Assembly: GCA_030141605.1 (NCBI GenBank)
Contig: JAQGDQ010000026.1
Span: 372,001 to 436,000 of the forward strand
DNA from: Tubiluchus corallicola
Taxonomy: Eukaryota; Animalia; Priapulida
Reading direction: 5' to 3'
Length of the DNA stretch: 64,000 nucleotides
Shown: piece by piece, positions 23,340-36,900 of the stretch
Layout of the letters: each line of letters begins with the position of its first letter
Position numbering within the stretch: the first letter of the stretch is position 1
Program-made: the position numbers and the translations under genes
Notes under the pieces: generated by a model
Told to the model about the DNA's origin: nothing
What the model saw: the letters and a program-made list of their open reading frames with translations, nothing else
The model's database searches: none

Positions 23340-26300
23340 TTATAGGCACAATTTAACACGCATTATCGAAATGAAAATTAAATTGTCTCTGACAGAACAG
23401 TTGCAGCACCTATAGAATGATCTTACTGGAGGAACAAGTTTATTTTGTCCACAGATGAACTAGAAAATGCCAAAAATTATTTCGTGGTATTCTTAGAATA
23501 AGAAATCTGTATTTCGTGTATTTTAGAGAACCGAACTACATAATAGGACGACAATTGTCTGCAGAATTAATATTACCAAACTTAGACTTAACAATAAACA
23601 AAATAACAAGTCTGCAATTAAATTTTGTAAATATAAGTGACAGCACAGTTAAGCGACAGCACAAAACTTACAGCGGCGGCCTGCCCAGCATTAATAAAGT
23701 GTTCGGCATTGTGCTTGGATTTGCGCTTTTTTAACTGAGGGATAGCAAAACTGACATCATTAACTGTAATATAGAAACCAGGATAAGGGTTACTATGAAC
23801 GTATACGGGTGGTTTCAAAAGTTTATCATCGTCTAGCAAGTATAAAAATCGTTTAAAAATATCTCGTCACATATCACAGATACTTTCCTCCCCGGTTACT
23901 TTACCAATTTTACAGTGCGAAGGTATTTTGATATTGTTTATTTTTTCGCACGTTTCCAGAATTCTTCAGTATCAGCTGATGACGACAAACTAGCTGCTAA
24001 TTTGTCAGGACGAATATTAGGTTTTCTTTGATTTACAATGTTTCAAGGCTAATTTAAACCGAGCAGGCGCTCGTTTCATTTCCTCAAAGAGACACCCCTG
24101 ACGTGGACAGTTAATACTTTCTCAGAGCAAGAAAACATGACGCGAGTGATCATAATTTTCTTTACAAATGTCATTCCAGCCAGGTACAGAGATGTATTGG
24201 TACGACATTTAGCAGGAATACAGTGATCACTAGAACGTTTTAAACTGCGAGTTATTTGTTTGCAATATTCATCAATAAGAGATAGATCCTCTTGATTATT
24301 GTAGGAGTAAGCAGAATAATGTGTACAGGGAATAGCAATTGAATGGTAACAAATTCCCACTCAGTAAATTGTTTGTATGCTGCAAGCTGTGCAGGTGAGG
24401 CCTGTGACCAATCCCCGTGTACATCATTTATTGACAAATTCGAATCAGGGTCTTGGCATATCGTAATTATAGAACCCAACATTTCATAAAAATTCACGGT
24501 GAGACTGGAAAGTGATCACAGTTATTGACAGCGTCTAAAACTTTTATATCTAAAATATACTTGTAAAAAGCATTAGTTGTTAAAATACGATCAAGTCAAT
24601 ATGTATTGTTATTTGTATTTGGTAAAACAGCCCGATCGGCTTCAATAAAAGAATTGTCAGAGCAAGTCACTGAATAAATTACCAAAAACCGTACACGGTT
24701 GTGCATTAAAATCACCAACTGCACACATGAGGCTAGTGGATTATGCATCTAAAACACCCAATAATGCTCCCAAGCTATCATTGAAATCTTCTAAGTTGTC
24801 AATCTCCTGGGTATGCAAGTAGCAATTAATTAACGTAATAAAATTTTTGCCAACATTGTTTGCGGTATTCAAAATATTACACAGCAAAAAATGTTCATTG
24901 TCATAATATTAATATTTAAATTCAGATTTTTCCGCCATAAATTGAGTAAACCATCACGTGATCTACCGCTTACGATACCGTTTCTTAAACTGACTGGGAA
25001 TACACCCTTCCCATTAAATTCGGAGTGAACTGTGTTCACGAAACCGAGATCTCTTTATATAGCATTAGCTCTTGCAAGCATATCAAATCATATTGGTCAC
25101 AAAGTTCTAAAACAAAAGCCAAACTTTTCGAGTTTCTTGCAGAATTACAAGTAAAACTAGCAGCTTTACTTTTAATTTATCTTGTGATTACACAACTGGA
25201 GTCGCATTAGCAATTGAAGTTTCACTGCCCGATGGTTTGTTACGAACAAACTGCCGCACCAGTACACCTGGCCAGACGATGTCAGCCATCAGTTCGTCTT
25301 TTCCAGAATAGTTGCATCTTATGACAAAGGAACTGCAGCCAACGCATTTTGTCTTTAACATCTTCACACTAATCAGCGTCACTCCAGAGCCTGTGCTGTC
25401 GGTAATTAATGTGTGGATATCCTTTTCAGAGAAGTTTTTGCCAAACGTGTGGCGTATATCTCGTAGCGTGGTTGGACGACGCTAATACTCTGGTATTATC
25501 CATAGAGGTGCCTACGATGAATTTCCGTCGTTATGATGCGTAACAGGCGTGAATGGAGGGTTTTGACTAGAATTGACTAGTTCAAGCTTTTTCTTGTTAT
25601 CGCCAGTAGAAACATTAGAAACACTATTACAAACTGCTTGCGCACGTTCGTTACTGATTGCTTTCGTAAAATATCACTGTCTATTTGTAATTTGGTCACT
25701 TTTTTATTAATGCAGTCATATCAATAGTGTCAGGTGCAATGGTCGGCACTTTACTTAAGTCTTTCGCCACAGACACGGGTTTGACACGTAAATTGCTGTA
25801 AGCAGCTGAATGTAAGAGCACTGTGGCCTCAATTGTGCCACCACTCCACTCTGTCACATGGTTACATCCTACTTGTGACGTAGGCATTACTGTTTGCTTT
25901 TAGCCTCCGCCCAAACTGGGCTTCCCTGTTGTAGTCAGCTGTGACGTTACCACTTTAAAGGGGGAATATCATGAAAATTGAGTTAACTTAGCGAATTTTT
26001 TTAGCAGTACATTGTCTAATTAATGAGTAATTAAGTTTTTTGTATCTCGCGGGAAAACGCGGGATACTGTCGTACACAACTGGGCTAAAAAATAAAGCTG
26101 TTATTACTATATAACAGTGTTTGGCCTTGGGTCGGATAGGTAGTCAGCTGATAGAAACGATTGTCGTTGCGCTCATTAACATGTTTTCATCAAAAGCAAT
26201 ATATTTTACTACCGTCGAAAGTTATAGGTCCATTATAGTATTATTGACGAAGTGAGTATTGAACATATTTGCAACAGCATAGTTGTTTGAAATAAATTTA

Positions 26301-28415
26301 TTGTTATTCTTAATCCTTATTGCAGAATTACATGTTTGTTTATTTAATAGTTCCTTCATGACGTCTTGGGTTTTCTTGATATTATGTTCATAAATTTCTT
26401 TTTATAATATGTCGATTTGGATGTCTTGATTAAAGTAGTTAATCTGTTACGATATTGTTTGTATTCTTGTTTAACATTATTGTGTTTTAAGGTTGCCTTA
26501 CATAATTTGTTGTTATGTTTAATGAACTTCAGAAGACCTTTAGTTATCCAAGATTTTTTATTTTTTAATTGATCATTATTTGTTTTGCGTTCATTAATAT
26601 GATTAGAGTAAATATTGCTGAATTCATCAAGGAACATATCAGTAGTTTGATTGACATTCTCACAGGCCAAGATGTTATTTCAAGAGTTGCTAGTAAGCTC
26701 GTTTAATAAATTTGTTTTAATGTTATTATTATATGACAAGTTTGAATCACATATTGTGAAGATGGGAAGGTGGTCGGAAATATCTGACAATAAGCACCCT
26801 GAAATGAGCTGATGATCGATTATATTGGTAAATATGTTGTCAATGAGTGTAGCCGACAGGTCAGTAATTCTGGTTGGACGGGTAATGAGCACACTTCATC
26901 AGCAGACACAAATATAGCACACATTATGCTGTCAAAATTACCACAAAAGAAGCCGAATCTGTAAAGAGTTTTGCAGACAGGTTGAGCAGGCAGGCTCATC
27001 GAGTATATTCCCAGAGAGAAATTGATCAACCTTATGTTCAGGAGACTTTACTCAGACATTTTTATCATGGATTAGTCTCGGATACTATTCGTCTCATTCG
27101 ACATCCGCCGTAGAATTTAGAAGCGGCTATCGAAACTACTCAATGTGATCAGACAGCAGATGATATTTGTAAAACAGTTAGAGCCAAATTGCCGCCCCTA
27201 GAACCGATGGAGATAGATAAAATATGTGAAAATGCAGTTTCTAATGTAACCAACCAGTTGCTTGATACTGTACAAAATATGACTAAAACTATAAAAGAGT
27301 TAATCCAAGAGGTGCAATCCCAACAGTACCCCTACAAGCCCTGTATGACAGCCACAAATGTCAAATAATCGACCGAACTCTCAGAGAACAGGTTCGTTTC
27401 AGAGTTACAGAAGCTCCTTTGTTAATATAGAGGGTTTCGTCTTCGTAATTTTCCACAGATAGACCTCAAAACAGTATACAATCCCTGCCACAACCTCAGC
27501 CCACTCCGGTCGCTCGCGCTCCGACAAGGAATCTATCTTCTTGGGTTTCACACGTAAATTGCCAGCTGAATTTAGGAGAGATGTGATATCATTAAAGTCT
27601 TTTTTCGTCTTATCATCGTCAGTCTTTTTCCCAATTCGAGGCAATAAAACTTCCTCAGGGCACATGGTACATGGGGTATTACAGAGTACAAATTCCGAAC
27701 TGTCTATAACGTCTGCATCATAGAAATGAGTTACTAACTTCATCAGTGTGTCATTTAATAAGCTGTGTCGATTTGACTTTGGCTTAATTGACGTTTGACC
27801 TTGACACAGAAGCTCGTTGATAATGCACATACCTCCACCTTGTGTATGTGAGGATGTTGATTCATTTTCCTCTACGTCAGACAATGTGCCATTGTCACGA
27901 ACAAAAGTATTTGAAAATGATCAGTCAGCTCTTTCGTAGTCATCTTGGCGTTCATCCTCATTGGAAACAGAATGTTTTTCGTGGCATTTTTTGCAATTAA
28001 TATAGGACACTTTTTGCCTATTTAAAGGTTTCGTGTTCCTACTAGTCCATTAAGACATAGTACGAAGCCACTAATTATTCATTAAGCAATTAACGCTTCA
28101 CTGCTTCCTGAAGCACGAGCAAAATACGTCCGAACTCTGGCCACACTCTATGAGCAAGATCTCTGGGCTATGGCCGAACCATGTTACTTTAATCTCTTGC
28201 TATGCTCACATAAGTTCTCTCTTTCAGCAATTTCTGCCTGCGCTATGATGGCGTGGATTAAGTCGAAACGTGAGGAATGAGCTGGGTCTGCAAGGAAAAA
28301 TTTAGTCTTTTTTAGTGCATTAATAATGTTCATTTTAATTATCAAACCCAATGATTTTCTTGGTTATATACAAAGTCTTACCACGCTTTTTTGCTGATAT
28401 GAAACAGTCTATCAT
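23340..28415 (-). CDS. Putative small spliced gene of unknown function (about 130 aa), or 5' extension of the ODF3-like gene
   Basis: Candidate exons 28415-28382, 28287-28210, 23832-23672, 23459-23340 with GT-AG sites (gtaaga, gtgagc, gtaagt donors) and matching phases 1,1,0. No recognised homology. Confidence 0.35.
26150..26892 (-). mobile_element. CR1/L2-type LINE ORF2 fragment (endonuclease end and linker)
   Basis: PTRIT..SATLIDNIFTN, ISDHLPIF, SWITKGLL, YKQYRNRLT. Confidence 0.85.
26900..27410 (+). mobile_element. LTR-retrotransposon gag-like fragment
   Basis: Plus-strand EAESVKSFADRL..RVY..LRHFYHGL..P*NLEAAI resembles the Ty3/gypsy gag major-homology region. Confidence 0.55.
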
Positions 28416-29618
28416 TTTATCCTAGCATTAAAATAAGTCCAACTCCTCAGGAACCTCGACTTTTCTTTATTCCGTAAAATTCCATGAGCTCTGTCCGGGA
28501 ATCAGCTTGACTGCATGGAATTAGCTTTTGTTAGTCTCAAAATTTTCCTTATTCTGTGCCCCTAACGTCTTACATTGTGGAAAATTTAAATAATTAAAAT
28601 TTTTCTACGATTTATTAGGTAAAGCTTTACACTATTCGTGTATGATGTATGATATACATACCATAAAGGCCAGTAGCAGCATATTCATAACTGTATTCAC
28701 AAATAAAGTGACGGCAATATTGGCCCATTGCAGTACAGTTCCTACGGTATTATCTTATGATATTTTTGTACTGCATTTTATATTTTTAATTCTGCAGTTT
28801 TTATATTATGTAGGCATATGTTAGTCTAATAACGATTACGTATTTTTATTTGTACAGGAATGTGCACACAATTGCTTTTAGCCTGCTCGTTCTAATTAAC
28901 ATTAAATTTTGCAAAATCTTAAATTTTCGTTACATAAATTTTTGTTTAATAAATAAACAAAATAAAAGTGATAATTTACTATACAATCAGAATTTAGGCA
29001 AAGTTACCATCCTTTTATTTTGGATAGATACAGTGAATATTGGCGGTTATTTACAATTTTATTTTGTGAACATCAATGAACTCAAGGCTAACTGTACAAT
29101 AAACGCGACTTGAACAGACTCCTGAAGGATGGTCAGCAAAAAGATTACACACGCTTATAAACAAAATTTAACACACTTTGTTAATACCGCGATTTTTAAC
29201 AAGTTCGCAAAGATTCCAACAGTTTTAATCAAATCTAGCTTTTGGAACAGAAGAACTTGCACTGTTAGTTGCAAAGAGGAGTGCGTGGAGTGCTGTAGTA
29301 AATGGTAGTGCCTCTCTGTTTACAATTAATTATAGTTCATCAATAATTATTTTTGTCTAATCGCGATTACTTTAACGCAGCATTAAGCGCTTAGAGTATA
29401 CTATGTGCAGAAGTCTGAGGAGATAATGACTTAAATGGGAGCAAGTTGAGTGCAGTATTGCATAGTGAAATTTATCAAGGTATGACGACGGACCCTGTGA
29501 CAATAACTGTGAACAGGCATTACATCGGTATACACATATATCGCAAAGTCTATTTAATTGTAAAAACTGTAAAAAAAATGTAAAAACATGTTATAATAAA
29601 GACTTTAAGTGTGTATGT

Positions 29619-30491
29619 CATGGGTGTGCAAAGAACCACAGCCTGACGAGAGATCTTGTGTGGCCTGCGAAGTGGTTTGTCAACCTAATGAGAGTGCAGC
29701 CCGGGTGATAAATTGAGTCTCAAGTATCAGGAAGAACACATGGCAATTAACCCTTGTGAGACGGTTTTCACTGTCGGTCAAATTTCATGATGCTCACTTA
29801 GAAATGCGACGTAAGCCAGCATGCTATCATGGAAGCCGCCATTGAAATGCCATATGTGCAAGAAATGCGAGAAGCAATGTGATTGGCTAGTAGGAGGACT
29901 AACCAGCCAATCTGTAGACTTCTGTTATCGGGCCAGTCGTCTTCTTGGTCACAGCAGGTAGATCATTGTGACTTGGTAATTTTATAATCTTCTTGGTCAT
30001 AGCAGGAAAATAATTTTCACTTGGTTATGTTATATTTATTATAAAATAACTGAAAGTGAAAATAACTAATAAGTGAAAATGATCTACCACCAGGACTAAG
30101 AAGACGACTGGGCCAATCACATCATAAGTAGCTCGCAAGCTGAAAAAGTGTGGGATTCCCAGAATCTGTTTAGGCTCGGTAGTACACACCTCAATCAGTG
30201 TTTGTTTCATCAGGTGTAGTGTTCTTATAGATCAGAACCAGAATCAGTACTAATGTGCATTGTAATAAGATTACCTCTATCTGACACGAAAGTTGAAATC
30301 TATAATTTTTAATATTTAATAACTTCTAGAATAGTTTTCCTCGGTGTAGTAGCAATGACACGACGGTCAGATGAAAAAAAATCGTTATTAGGCCCTACTA
30401 TTCTTGCTGCTTGACCAAACTGTATGCGGCCCGCAGGAATTGCGGGAAAGTTTAATGTGGTCTAGCTAGTCAGATAATTTGTGCATTCCTG
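29619..30491. mobile_element. hAT-type non-autonomous element
   Basis: Imperfect TIRs CATGGGTGTGCAAA / TTTGTGCATTCCTG, 8-bp TSD gtgtatgt / gtttatgt, GGCCCG-like subterminal motifs, and an internal inverted repeat (about 29931-29950 versus 30093-30114). Confidence 0.6.
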
Positions 30492-30990
30492 GTTTATGTA
30501 CTATTAAGACATCTCCTCTGGCAATTTTGCAACTAGTTTTTTAAATACCTACACCACACATTAAATTCATCTGTTCACACTGGGTACTGTCAATGTTCAA
30601 ACTTTTTAAACGTTTTACATCTACACACTCAGATCAAGTGTAGCAACTGTAGTTGTCTGCATTTATACACTTCTCCATTTTACCTTACTAGTACAAATTA
30701 GAGAAAAGCATTAAATTAGTTATCAGGCTGCATAGGTAATTATATTTAAAGGACAAGAAAAGGGCCTTGAAGTAGTTTTCAGAAAAATCACCTTAAAAAG
30801 TTATACTACTTTACAACAATTTTGTGCACATATCGCATTTGCGTTGAAAGTAATTTTTTATTGTTTTCATTTTGAATCTCCCGCAATACTGTTCTGGCGG
30901 CGCCATTACATGACGCCACTACGCAAACGTGAATCAGGGGAAGAAAAGACAATGTTAAATTATATCCCAAAAAACTCACGTGAAAATGTA

Positions 30991-31457
30991 CCATATATAC
31001 TCGCATATAAGCCGACCCCCTAAAACTGCTTTAAAATGGCCAGTTTTTGCAAAAACCCGTATATAAGCCGACCATCAACTTGTCTAATTTTTCTCCATAC
31101 CCAATCAACAAAATTGATCCCTTTTTGTCACATTTTGTTAATTGGGTATTTTTGGTTCATAGAAATTTTTTACTATAAAGATGTAAAATGCTTACTTTTA
31201 TGAATACAAAAAGCAGACATTTATTGAAATGTGAATTTTTTCTAAAAAAAGTGGGTGGACGGCGATCCCCCTCCAATACACCACTGGTGACACACAACCA
31301 AATAAAGAGTCAGATAGCGATGAAAATGTGTGGCTGGAAAATTGGCATTAGTGTCTGTCCTTGTGTTCATTTTGTTTCATGCGCATATAAGCCGACCCCC
31401 TGATTTCAGTGTTGTATTTTATAGTTCTAAATTCGGCTTATATGCGAGTATATACGG
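30991..31457. mobile_element. pogo/Tigger-like MITE
   Basis: 25-bp TIR CC(A/G)TATATACTCGCATATAAGCCGA with TA TSD; internal copies of TATAAGCCGACC. Confidence 0.88.
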
Positions 31458-32061
31458 TATGTTACTTAGCATTTCACTTAGCTGCTGGAAAGACTTATGT
31501 AACTAGACTAATAATTTAAAATGTTTGTGCCAATTGGCAAAATGTCGCTGACTCCCCTCCAGGGTGTGCCACTCACTAGCCAAAACATATTTCTAATCTT
31601 GTCGACAAGATACAGTAATTTGAAATTTTACTTAGTTAGCAACATGTATGCTGCGAATGCTTTGATTATTTTCTCAAACTTTACTTATTGTTATCGAAAC
31701 TTGTTTCAAACAACCTACCATCAAAATGGCTGTGCCTAACGGTCATCGCGGGAGTTTAAATTTACACGTTTTATACAGGGTTACGGCCAATGCAAGATCT
31801 GTATGCAAAAAGGTAGTATGTAAGTGGTATAAAATTTCGAGACAAATTTTTTAAGCTTTATGTAAGTGCAGGGTTTTTTGTGCTTTAATATACATTATAA
31901 ATTATAGGAATTAGGATTACAAACAGATTTCTGGCACAAAGCGTTGAACGGTCTAAATTTTTGCCACATTTGTATTTTTGTAGTCTTCCTTCGGTTGAAG
32001 ATTTGAGGCTGTCGTTTTCTTATGAACCTTGAAAGAAGAATCGTTCACAGGAGGCGTAAAA

Positions 32062-33387
32062 ATGGATCAAGAAATGCTAAATGAGAAAGAGGATTCAAAA
32101 TCTTCCACTAAAACCAATGAGGAGTTTCTTGATTTTGTGGCAGTTTCGATAAGTAGAGGTTTGGACCCAAGGGAACACGGTAACTGTCTGAATCAAATAG
32201 ATCTGTGCCAACAGCACTGGAAACGCCATTGCTTAGAGTATGAAAGAATAACTCAAGTACTCAAAGCTCATCTCGAAGAGGCAAACTCCGAAAAAATTCA
32301 GCTATCTGAGAACCTAGGAGCTGCTGAATATGAGATATCAAATTTAAAAACTACACTTGAGGAAAGAAACAAAGCCACAAGCCATGAGATAAAATATATG
32401 AAAGAAAAGATAGATAAAACTGAAAGTGATGCAGTGATTTCTAAAGAAAAGTACTACTGCCTGAAAGAACGGCACAGCAAGTTGATTGATCGGTTACAGA
32501 AGACAGAGAAATACCTTGCGGACTTGCCTACAGCAAGTGAATGCAAGAAAATAATGGACAAAATGACAAACTTACAAGAAGAGAACAATAATGTGAAGAA
32601 AAATGCAGAACAACTAAATTGTAAACTGAATGAAAATGTAAAAACAATTACAGAGAAAGAGAAAACTATTGATGAAATGAATGTAAGGGAGGTTGAACTA
32701 GCAGAAGAATTAAAACAAGTGCAAGCAGAACTGAAGTCTTTGAAAGAAGAGGTGAATTCTAATCAGCAAGCTATGCCTGTAGACTTTTCTGTTTTAAAAA
32801 AAGAAAATGCAAAGTTATCTAATGCTGTCAAAAGATACAAAAACTTGTCCGAGGTAAGCCACCAGAAACAGATCCAAGAGCAAGAGAAGCACGGAGAAGA
32901 GATAAGAAAACTGAACAATGTAATTGAACAAGATGAAGATACAATTGCAGGACTCAAATCAGAAGCGGCAAGTCACTTGTCCAAAATAAATAGCTTGAAG
33001 TTAGCAATGAAAGAGTTGGTTAGTCAGAATCAAGTCCTAATGGGAACAAACATCTCTTTGAAAGAAAAGCTGAAGGAGTATGCAAACACTTATGAAGGAG
33101 AAAATGCTAAGGCATATAAGATTCTAAAACATGAACTAGAAGCTTGCATTCAAGAAGCAAAATGTTTGGTTGATTTTTGTAAGCAAATTAGTAATGGTCA
33201 AGAGCCCGACATTTCTATGTTGCTGGGTGTCAAACACATACCAACAGATGAAACAAATGCTGTGTGTTCAGTAAGGGATGTAGAGAATGTAAAAGCTCTA
33301 AGGGAAGATATAGAAGTCATTAGATCCACGTTATGTGACAACTATGCTGATTACATAGCTAGTAACACAACTTGCACAACTCAATAA
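32062..33387 (+). CDS. CEP85/CEP85L-family centrosomal coiled-coil protein, single coding exon, 441 aa
   Basis: First ATG at 32062 (in-frame TGA at 32023). Long heptad-rich ORF with KYLADLPT, EPDISMLLG and LREDIEVIRSTLCDNYA..CTTQ*, matching the recalled CEP85-family C-terminus (YLADLPT, PNLSLLLG, DI..LRTT.SDRYA..C.TQ). Confidence 0.85.
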   Translation: MDQEMLNEKEDSKSSTKTNEEFLDFVAVSISRGLDPREHGNCLNQIDLCQQHWKRHCLEYERITQVLKAHLEEANSEKIQLSENLGAAEYEISNLKTTLEERNKATSHEIKYMKEKIDKTESDAVISKEKYYCLKERHSKLIDRLQKTEKYLADLPTASECKKIMDKMTNLQEENNNVKKNAEQLNCKLNENVKTITEKEKTIDEMNVREVELAEELKQVQAELKSLKEEVNSNQQAMPVDFSVLKKENAKLSNAVKRYKNLSEVSHQKQIQEQEKHGEEIRKLNNVIEQDEDTIAGLKSEAASHLSKINSLKLAMKELVSQNQVLMGTNISLKEKLKEYANTYEGENAKAYKILKHELEACIQEAKCLVDFCKQISNGQEPDISMLLGVKHIPTDETNAVCSVRDVENVKALREDIEVIRSTLCDNYADYIASNTTCTTQ

Positions 33388-33923
33388 ATGGTGGCTTTTC
33401 AAAACTAATAAAAAGTTAGATGAGATTGTTTGTGAAATTTTCATTATACTCAATTTTAATTTAAATAAGTTTTTTCAGTAAATTTACAGAATTGTGAAGT
33501 CATGATTAAAAAAAACAAATATTTATTTTCATTATAGGGCATTTACAAAATTCAAACATTTTGTCTGATTTTGATATGCAATTGTGATTATGTGAAAAAA
33601 ATCAAAATTATGTTTACACTATAGTAACACTGATTATAAGGCTCTGCACTATCCCAGGTTTAGTGTCAGGATGAATCAAACATGATTACATTTACCAACT
33701 GGGCAACTGCTTTACATTTAATTGTATATGAAATTATAAAATTAGTAATTGGGACAAATTATATCAAAGAGACTGTATACATACATACATTTGCTAAGCT
33801 TGATAAAAGCAAATTTTTATGCACCAGTAAAAATTGTTAACCTAGTCGCTTTATTTACTTACGAGACTTGGAAAAAATGAAATTTTCACAATGTAATAAA
33901 TAAAATATATATTCTGAAACATG

Positions 33924-36900
33924 TCATTCTTTATATTGGCAAAACAGTGATAGTTTCCGTCCATTTTCACCAGGCAAATCTGCATCTCTAGAATAGAATT
34001 AAAAACATTTGTTACTTTAGCTAAACTACATATGTGAGCCACAAATACAATTCATTTGTTGCCATATTTACTTGTAAAACTGGTATGTTTTAATGGCTAC
34101 TTCAAATACTTTATAATGTTATGGTGAGAAGGATTATTACGGTTGTCTTGTATAAAACGTAATTTTTCTCAAGCATTTCACTGTATATATGAAATTCAGT
34201 ACCGGCACATTAAAGTATTTTTATATTGTTTACACACCATAGCATTTAATTCAATGGAGACGCATACCCATTTCCTATCAATGCATATTAAATAGACACG
34301 TCCTCAAATTGTGCTTTTTTTCTTTTTTAAACGTAAAGCTACTATGTTAATTGTAGGATTGAAAAGCGTTCATTCTAGAGGAATGAGGCTTGAGAAAGAC
34401 TTGGTAGAATTCTGTTCTGTTACTGTTTATATATGTACATAACGTTAGTGAAAATTTGTGAAGGTTTAGCTAAGATTTACCATGTGTATGAAAAATCGTA
34501 CAGTTGAAACTGAATGCAACTAAAATAACTTTGGGGAATACAGCCATCTTTCAAAATTTATCAAGTATCAACAATTCAGAGTGGATTAAAATGGATAGGT
34601 AAAATAATGATTGTAAAGTAGTTTAATATGCAGCATTATACATGATGCTACAAACATTGCGATCATAAGCATGGTAAAATTTTTTCACAATACTGTACTT
34701 CACTTGAATGCCATTGTACACTTTGCATACTTGTACTAACAGCTATACTGTAATTTCTCTGCAGCCCTAGATTATCTAAATGATGCTAATTTTTCTGCTT
34801 CACCATGAATGATAACATCTAGCGGGTTTTTGGAATGGTTGTGCTTTAGAAGCAAATGATACTACTTTTCTCTGAAGTCATATAAAAAATGTTTTGCGGA
34901 CATGTTCTTAGCTGAATATTTTTTTGTTTACATTTACTTCCCCATACATTTCTTAGGCTTTCGTATAACAGAAATGCATACACGGAATCCCTTTTCCCTC
35001 TTTGTTTCGACACCCCAAAGCAGAACTGTATTTTCTTAGTTTTCACTTGAAAAAAGTTTGATAAGTTGTTGAAAACTGTCAGAAATGTAAGTAAGTTGCA
35101 CTTTGTAGAATTACCACGGCATCAATTCTATAAACAATGCAGCAGACAGATGCATTAGGCAGTGTGAAGTAATCACCAAACGTTAACCTTACTTAACACT
35201 ATACCGCAGTAATGCGTGGCAGGGCAAATTCAGCAGAGTGTGTATAATAAGAACTTACAGGTAATAGACTCATTATAACTTTTCCATTGAATGACCTTTA
35301 AACAACAAGGGTCTGCAAAGCAGATACACATGACCATATTAAACTTACAACTAAAATATTGAGATTTAGAACTTACCTCAGATACTCGTGAAATGTTGAT
35401 ACTATTCGATATATGGAACTTTTTAGAGAATTGGCTAGAATTAGTCGCCTATCGGCAGTATGAGGCAAAACAATGCCTTTGCCTGTTCGCCTTGGCAATG
35501 TGGACGTAAGCTTTATATGTTTTTCTAATGCCTATCAAAAAGTGAAGCATAATCACACACTAGTGCATTTATTTATTATAATGTAAAATTGTGAAATCGT
35601 AAACTACACTTGGAGTTTAATGCAAAATTCTTAAATATACATATAATCTCTTAAAACAATAAACAAATGTATTTTCGCATACATTTGTAAATAATATTGT
35701 AAATAAAGAAATAATTTTGTGAACATTCTCATGAGAACCTAATCTTCATTTTCATCATCATCACATTCACTTTTCATTCTCATTTCCTTGCCGTTTCTAT
35801 CACTCTTACATTTCATTCTCCTTATTTATTTTATTTCGCACATTCTACAACTTTTCTTTCAATTTTGCCTTCTATTTAGGCCTATACAAGTTTATCTTCT
35901 CGGCCTGAGCTGATATCCGAATATCTTTTAAAAATTTTTAAATTTTGTTTTGTTTGTAGTAGGAAATGTGTGTATTGTAATGTATGCAACAATCTACATA
36001 ATTACATGGCATTTTGAAAAAATAAACTAAACCAAACTAAAGACTTGTTTAAACTTTTTACCAAGTGCAAATCTAAAAACATTGCAATAATTTTCATGAG
36101 ATCTTTTTGGACAACTCCAAATGCATCTTCTTCACGTGATGCAGCAATCAGAAAAGATAAAGCTAGAAAAAACAATCACTACATTAGACAAACGTGAACA
36201 CTGCTACATTTATTTAAAACAGGCGCTTAATGCAAACAGATGAAGATTTTTATCATTGAAAGAAAATTTTGGTAAAAGCCAACAGAAAACACATAAGTCC
36301 GTTCCCACATTTACCGGTCAAAAGCCAAAAAGACCATGATTTGTTTAAGCAGATCAATCTATCTCAGGTCGAACTTTCACACGATTTAACATTATAATAT
36401 ATGTCTTGTACATTCTCTGCCCTGACCAAAGACTAAATTTACAAAGGCATTTTCTCCCCTCCAGCTCCAACTGTAGAAACTGTTGACTGCCTTGTGTCAT
36501 TCACCAGCAAATATTTGCAAAATGTCTGAAAATCACATTCAATCCTAATGATGGATTTCTTGGAAAAACCTTCCATAAACCTCACATTGGTCCCTCAACT
36601 GGCCAGATATCAAGTTTCTCTATTGTACTGTTTAGGTGAAACATTCACAAAATTTCTGAGAACTATCCCACAACCAAGAATAATTTTGCATAGCAAAATC
36701 TAGTACGGTTTTAAGTTGTCTGCATCATGTTATACAATTGGAAATGTTTACAAGTCTCAAAAACCGTCTTTAGGTTTTAATCCTATGTGATTTCAAACCT
36801 CCAGCTTAAATTAAATGACTTGAGGAAAAATCCAATGAAAAATATTAACAGAAAACTATCCAAAAAATGCTGGATTTTTATAGAAACTTAAAGAAGTTAT

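Larger units (their letters stand above)
23900..28140 (-). mobile_element. Degenerate two-ORF LINE (CR1/L2-like) interrupted by nested inserts
   Basis: ORF1 N-part INELLC..HFY (27540-27884); ORF1 C-part DLSKVP and SF.I..WPGVLVRQF (25190-25810); ORF2 endonuclease and linker remnants ending in CIP and DKLA.SL..FWK (23900-25170). Ends approximate. Confidence 0.7.
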
